From Amphiscolops sp. MND2022 (Eukaryota), in contig OZ076409.1 in assembly GCA_964187785.1 (NCBI GenBank), positions 23,252,001 through 23,316,000 of the forward strand: 64,000 bases of DNA. The letters run 5' to 3'. Below, in pieces: positions 57,101 to 64,000 of this stretch. Under the pieces are notes generated by a model, which saw only the letters and a program-made list of their open reading frames with translations, had not been told where the DNA came from and did no database searches. The translations under genes were made by a program, and so were the position numbers. Each line of letters starts with the position of its first letter. Within the stretch, counting starts at the first letter, position 1.

Positions 57101-60100
57101 CGCTGACATATTTGACAGTTCATATTTTTTTTCGTAGTTTTCAGTCTGTTTCCCTCTGATATATTTGAAAGTTCAGATTTTTTTTGTGGTTTTCGGTCTA
57201 ATATATTTGAAACTTCAGATTTGTTTTCGTGGTTTTCAGTCTGTTTTCCGCTGATATATTTGAAAGTTCAGATTTGTTTTCGTGGTTTTCAGTCTGTTTT
57301 CCGCTGATATTTTTGAAAGTTCAGATTTCTTTCGTAGTTTTCAGTCTGTTTTCCGCTGACATATTTGAAAGTTCAGATTTGTTTTCGTGGTTTTCAGTCT
57401 GTTTTCCGCTGATATATTTGAAAGTTCAGATTTTTTTTGTAGTTTTCAGTTTGTTTTCCGCTGATATATTTGAAAGTTCAGAATTTTTTGTGGTTTTCGG
57501 TCTAATATATTTGAAAATTCAGACTTGTTTTCGTGGTTTTCAGTCTGTTTTCCGCTGATATATTTGAAAGTTCAGATTTTTTTCGTAGTTTTCAGTCTGT
57601 TTTCCGCTAATGAATTTGAAAGTTCACATTTGTTTTGTGGTTTTCGGTCTAATATATTTGAAAGTTCAGATTTGTTTTCGTGGTTTTCAATCTGTTTCCG
57701 CTGACATATTTGACAGTTCATATTTTTTTTCGTAGTTTTCAGTCTGTTTTCCTCTGATATATTTGAAAGTTCAGATTTTTTTGTGGTTTTCGGTCTATTA
57801 TATTTGAAACTTCAGATTTGTTTTCGTGGTTTTCAGTCTGTTTTCCGCTGATATATTTGAAAGTTCAGATTTGTTTTCGTGGTTTTCAGTCTGTTTTCCG
57901 CTGATATTTTTGAAAGTTCAGATTTCTTTCGTAGTTTTCAGTCTGTTTTCCGCTGATATATTTGAAAGTTCAGATTTTTTTCGTGGTTTCCAGTCTGTTT
58001 TCCGCTAATATACTCGAAAGTTCAGATTTTTTTGTGATTTTCAGTCTGTTTTCCGCTGATATATTTGAAAGTTCAGATTTTTTCCGTGGTTTTCAGTCTG
58101 TTTTCCACTGATATATATGAAAGTTCAGTTTTTTTGTGATTTTCAGTTTACTTTCCGCTGATATATTTGAAAGTTCAGATTTCTTTTCGTAGTTTTCAGT
58201 CTGTTTTCCGCTGATATATTTGAAAGTTCAGATTTTTTGGTGGTTTTTGGTCTAATATATTCGAAAGTTCAGATTTGTTTTCGTGGTTTTCAGTCTGTTT
58301 TCCGCTGATATATTTGGAAGTTCGGATTTTTTTTTCGTAGTTTTCAGTCTGTTTTCCGCTAATATATTCGAAAGTTCAGATTTTTTTCGTAATTTTTAGT
58401 CTGTTTTCCGCTGATATATTTGAAAGTTCAGTTTTTTTGTGGTTTTCGGTCTAATATATTTGAAAGTTCAGATTTGTTTTCGTGGTTTTCAGTCTGTTTT
58501 CCGCTGATATATTTGAAAGTTCCGATTTTTTTTTCGTTGTTTTCAGTCTGTTTTCCGCTGATACATTTGAAAGCTCAGATTTTTTTTCGTAGTTTTCAGT
58601 CTGTGTTTCGCTGTTATATTTGAAAGTTCAGATTTGTTTTCGTGGTTTTCACTCTGTTTTCCGCTCATATTTTCGAAAGTTCAGATTTTTTACGTAGTTT
58701 TCAGTCTGTTTTCCGCTGATATATTTGAAATATCAGATTTTTTCGTGGTTTTCATTCTGTTTTCCGCTGATACATTTGAAAGTTCAGTTTTTTGTGATTT
58801 TCAGTCTGTTTTCCTCTGATATATTTGAAAGTTCAGATTTTTTTTCGTAGTTTTCAGTTTGTTTTCCGCTGATATATTTGAAAGTTCAGATTTTTTTTTG
58901 TGGTTTTCGGTCTAATATATTTGAAAATTCAGGTTTGTTTTCGTGGTTTTCAGTCTGTTTTCCGCTGATATATTTGAAAGTTCAGATATTTTTTGTAGTT
59001 TTCAGTCTGTTTTCCACTGATATATATGAAAGTTCAGTTTTTTTGTGATTTTCAGTCTACTTTCCGCTGATATATTTGAAAGTTCAGATTTCTTTTCGTA
59101 GTTTTCAGTCTGTTTTCCGCTGATATATTTGAAAGTTCAGATTTTTTGGTGGTTTTTGGTCTAATATATTCGAAAGTTCAGATTTGTTTTCGTGGTTTTC
59201 AGTCTGTTTTCCGCTAATATATTCGAAAGTTCAGATTTTTTTCGTAATTTTTAGTCTGTTTTCCGCTGATATATTTGAAAGTTCAGTTTTTTTGTGGTTT
59301 TCGGTCTAATATATTTGAAAGTTCAGATTTGTTTTCGTGGTTTTCAGTCTGTTTTCCGCTGATATATTTGAAAGTTCCGATTTTTTTTCGTAGTTTTCAG
59401 TCTGTTTTCCGCTGATACATTTGAAAGCTCAGATTTTTTTTCGTAGTTTTCAGTCTGTGTTTCGCTGTTATATTTGAAAGTTCAGATTTGTTTTCGTGGT
59501 TTTCACTCTGTTTTCCGCTCATATTTTCGAAAGTTCAGATTTTTTACGTAGTTTTCAGTCTGTTTTCCGCTGATATATTTGAAATATCAGATTTTTTCGT
59601 GGTTTTCATTCTGTTTTCCGCTGATACATTTGAAAGTTCAGTTTTTTTGTGATTTTCAGTCTGTTTTCCTCTGATATATTTGAAAGTTCAGATTTTTTTT
59701 CGTAGTTTTCAGTTTGTTTTCCGCTGATATATTTGAAAGTTCAGATTTTTTTTGTGGTTTTCGGTCTAATATATTTGAAAATTCAGGTTTGTTTTCGTGG
59801 TTTTCAGTCTGTTTTCCGCTGATATATTTGAAAATTCAGATACTTTTTGTAGTTTTCAGTCTGTTTTTCGCTGATGAATTTGAAAGTTCAAATTTGTTTT
59901 GTGGTTTTGGGTCAAATATATTTGAAAGTTCAGATTTGATTTCGTGGTTTTCATTCTGTTTTCCGCTGATATATTTGAAAGTTCAGATTTTTTTCGTAGT
60001 TTTCATTCTGTTTTCCGCTGATATATTTGAAAGTTCAGATTTTTTTTGTCGTTTTCGGTCTAATATATTTGAAACTTCAGATTTGTTTTCGTGGTTTTCA

Positions 60101-63100
60101 GTCTGTTTTCCACTGATATATATGAAAGTTCAGATTTGATTTCGTGGTTTTCAATCTGTTTTCCGCTGATATATTTGAAAGTTCAGATTTTTTTCGTAGT
60201 TTTCATTCTGTTTTCCGCTGATATATTTGAAAGTTCAGATTTTTTTTGTCGTTTTCGGTCTAATATATTTGAAACTTCAGATTTGTTTTCGTGGTTTTCA
60301 GTCTGTTTTGCACTGATATATATGAAAGTTCAGTTTTTTTGTGTTTTTCAGTCTGTTTTCCGCTGATATATTTGAAAGTTCAGATTTTTTGGTGGTTTTC
60401 GGTCTAATATATTCGAAAGTTCAGATTTGTTTTCGTGGTTTTCAGTCTGTTTTCCGCTGATATATTTGAAAGTTCAGATATTTTTTGTAGTTTTCAGTCT
60501 GTTTTTCGCTGATGAATTTGAAAGTTCAAATTTGTTTTGTGGTTTTGGGTCAAATATATTTGAAAGTTCAGATTTGATTTCGTGGTTTTCATTCTGTTTT
60601 CCGCTGATATATTTGAAAGTTCAGATTTTTTTCGTAGTTTTCATTCTGTTTTCCGCTGATATATTTGAAAGTTCAGATTTTTTTTGTCGTTTTCGGTCTA
60701 ATATATTTGAAACTTCAGATTTGTTTTCGTGGTTTTCAGTCTGTTTTCCACTGATATATATGAAAGTTCAGATTTGATTTCGTGTTTTTCAATCTGTTTT
60801 CCGCTGATATATTTGAAAGTTCAGATTTTTTTCGTAGTTTTCATTCTGTTTTCCGCTGATATATTTGAAAGTTCAGATTTTTTTTGTCGTTTTCGGTCTA
60901 ATATATTTGAAACTTCAGATTTGTTTTCGTGGTTTTCAGTCTGTTTTGCACTGATATATATGAAAGTTCAGTTTTTTTGTGTTTTTCAGTCTGTTTTCCG
61001 CTGATATATTTGAAAGTTCAGATTTTTTGGTGGTTTTCGGTCTAATATATTCGAAAGTTCAGATTTGTTTTCGTGGTTTTCAGTCTGTTTTCCGCTGATA
61101 TATTTGAAATTTCAGATTTTTTTCGTAGTTTTCAGTCTGTTTTCCGCTGATATATTTGAAAGTTCAGATTTTTTTCGTAATTTTTAGTCTGTTTTCCGCT
61201 GATATATTTGAAAGTTCAGATTTTTTTGTGGTTTTTGGTCTAATATATTTGAAAGTTCAGATTTGATTTCGTGGTTTTCATTCTGTTTTCCGCTGATATA
61301 TTTGAAAGTTCAGATTTTTTTCGTAGTTTTCATTCTGTTTTCCGCTGATATATTTGAAAGTTCAGATTTTTTTTGTCGTTTTCGGTCTAATATATTTGAA
61401 ACTTCAGATTTGTTTTCGTGGTTTTCAGTCTGTTTTCCACTGATATATATGAAAGTTCAGATTTGATTTCGTGGTTTTCAATCTGTTTTCCGCTGATATA
61501 TTTGAAAGTTCAGATTTTTTTCGTAGTTTTCATTCTGTTTTCCGCTGATATATTTGAAAGTTCAGATTTTTTTTGTCGTTTTCGGTCTAATATATTTGAA
61601 ACTTCAGATTTGTTTTCGTGGTTTTCAGTCTGTTTTGCACTGATATATATGAAAGTTCAGTTTTTTTGTGTTTTTCAGTCTGTTTTCCGCTGATATATTT
61701 GAAAGTTCAGATTTTTTGGTGGTTTTCGGTCTAATATATTCGAAAGTTCAGATTTGTTTTCGTGGTTTTCAGTCTGTTTTCCGCTGATATATTTGAAATT
61801 TCAGATTTTTTTCGTAGTTTTCAGTCTGTTTTCCGCTGATATATTTGAAAGTTCAGATTTTTTTCGTAATTTTCAGTCTGTTTTCCGCTGATATATTTGA
61901 AAGTTCAGATTTTTTTGTGGTTTTTGGTCTAATATATTTGAAAGTTCAGATTTGTTTTCGTGGTTTTCATTCTGTTTTCCGCTGATATATTTGAAAATTC
62001 CGATTTTTTTTTCGTAGTTTTCAGTCTGTTTTCCGCTGATACATTTGAAAGCTCAGATTTTTTTCGTAGTTTTCAGTCTGTGTTTCGCTGTTATATTTGA
62101 AAGTTCAGATTTGTTTTCGTGGTTTTCACTCTGTTTTCCGCTCATATTTTCGAAAGTTCAAATTTTTTACGTAGTTTTCAGTCTGTTTTCCGCTGATATA
62201 TTTGAAATATCAGATTTTTTCGTGGTTTTCATTCTGTTTTCCGCTGATACATTTGAAAGTTCAGTTTTTTTGTGATTTTCAGTCTGTTTTCCTCTGATAT
62301 ATTTGAAAGTTCAGATTTTTTTCGTAGTTTTCAGTTTGTTTTCCGCTGATATAATTGAAAGTTCAGATTTTTTTTGTGGTTTTCGGTCTAATATATTTGA
62401 AAATTCAGGTTTGTTTTCGTGGTTTTCAGTCTGTTTTCCGCTGAGATATTTGAAAGTTCAGATATTTTTTGTAGTTTTCAGTCTGTTTTTCGCTGATGAA
62501 TTTGAAAGTTCAGATTTGTTTTGTGGTTTTGGGTCAAATATATTTGAAAGTTCAGGTTTGATTTCGTGGTTTTCATTCTGTTTTCCGCTGATATATTTGA
62601 AAGTTCAGATTTTTTTCGTAGTTTTCATTCTGTTTTCCGCTGATATATTTGAAAGTTCAGATTTTTTTGTCGTTTTCGGTCTAATATATTTGAAACTTCA
62701 GATTTGTTTTCGTGGTTTTCAGTCTGTTTTCCACTGATATATATGAAAGTTCAGATTTGATTTCGTGGTTTTCAATCTGTTTTCCGCTGATATATTTGAA
62801 AGTTCAGATTTTTTTCGTAGTTTTCATTCTGTTTTCCGCTGATATATTTGAAAGTTCAGATTTTTTTTGTCGTTTTCGGTCTAATATATTTGAAACTTCA
62901 GATTTGTTTTCGTGGTTTTCAGTCTGTTTTGCACTGATATATATGAAAGTTCAGTTTTTTTGTGATTTTCAGTCTGTTTTCCGCTGATATATTTGAAAGT
63001 TCAGATTTTTTGGTGGTTTTCGGTCTAATATATTCGAAAGTTCAGATTTGTTTTCGTGGTTTTCAGTCTGTTTTCCGCTGATATATTTGAAAGTTCAGAT

Positions 63101-64000
63101 TTTTTTCGTAGTTTTCAGTCTGTTTTCCGCTGATATATTTGAAAGTTCAGATTTTTTTCGTAATTTTCAGTCTGTTTTCCGCTGATATATTTGAAAGTTC
63201 AGATTTTTTTGTGGTTTTTGGTCTAATATATTTGAAAGTTCAGATTTGTTTTCGTGGTTTTCAGTCTGTTTTCCGCTGATATCTTTGAAAGTTCAGATTT
63301 TTTTTCGTAGTTTTTAGACTGTTTTCCGCTGATACATTTGAAAACTCAGATTTTTTTCGTAGTTTTCAGTCTGTGTTCCGCTGTTATATTTGAAAGTTCA
63401 GATTAGTTTTCGTTGTTTTCAGTCTGTTTTCCGCTTATATTTTTGAAAGTTCAGATTTTTTTCGTAGTTTTCAGTCTGTTTTCTGCTGATATATTTGAAA
63501 GTTCAGATTTTTTCGTGGTTTTCAGTCTGTTTTCCGCTGATATATTTGAAATTTCAGATTTATTTTGTGATTTTCAGTCTGTTTTCCTCTGATATATTTG
63601 AAAGTTCAGATTTTTTTTCGTAGTTTTTAGTCTGTTTTCCGCTGATATATTTGAAAGTTCAGATATTTTTGTAGTTTTCAGTCTGTTTTTGGCTGATGAG
63701 TTTGAAAGTTCAGATTTGTTTTGTGGTTTTCGGTAAAATATATTTGAAAGTTCAGATTTGATTTCGTGGTTTTCAATCTGTTTTCCGCTGATATATTTGA
63801 AAGTTCAGATTTTTTTCGTAGTTTTCATTCTGTTTTCCGCTGATATATTTGAAAGTTCAGATTTTTTTTGTCGTTTTCGGTCTAATATATTTGAAACTTC
63901 AGATTTGTTTTCGTGGTTTTCAGTCTGTTTTCCACTGATATATATGAAAGTTCAGTTTTTTTGTGATTTTCAGTCTGTTTTCCGCTGATATATTTGAAAG
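39148..64000. repeat. Satellite DNA array (>24.8 kb, runs off the window); monomer ~52-53 bp GTGGTTTTCAGTCTGTTTTCCGCTGATATATTTGAAAGTTCAGATTTGTTTTC plus a 42-43-bp variant
   Basis: Continuous head-to-tail copies with recurring variant monomers and local higher-order duplications. Confidence 0.98.

Noticed and set aside
39110..63988. Dozens of Phe/Ser/Val-rich ORFs
   Set aside because: Translations of the satellite monomer; frames shift with T-run length.
39148..64000. CRISPR-like periodicity (also 2641-2880 and 36555-36701)
   Set aside because: Head-to-tail repeats without unique spacers, no cas genes, eukaryotic context.

Overview
Eukaryotic, repeat-dense, AT-rich DNA, most likely from an invertebrate animal (spliceosomal exons; Ty3/Gypsy, BEL/Pao and LINE debris; satellite). 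The centrepiece is an intact, very young, giant Ty3/Gypsy-type LTR retroelement at 13592-32372 (18,781 bp). Its two 708-bp LTRs read as identical. It has a ~2.7-kb leader and a single 3223-aa Gag-Pol ORF with unusual extras: a degenerate duplicate protease, a dUTPase-like fold, AT-hooks, a Cys cluster and one or two C-terminal TARG1/Poa1p-like macrodomains. A separate 1364-aa ORF2 sits in the env position; it is not a recognisable Env but contains an apparently inactive SGNH/GDSL-fold domain. The element appears to lie in sense orientation inside a ~23.4-kb intron of a small host gene (exons at 9797-10019, 33439-33592 and from 34052). Also present: a 5.2-kb internally deleted Gypsy element with 1.6-kb LTRs and a 5-bp TSD (89-5305), gag, BEL/Pao and LINE remnants, HINE-like and MITE-like elements (one nested pair), a tRNA-like fragment, and a ~25-kb satellite of 52-53/42-43-bp monomers with local higher-order repeats (39148 to window end). 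All domain calls are by-eye motif recognition; no searches were run.
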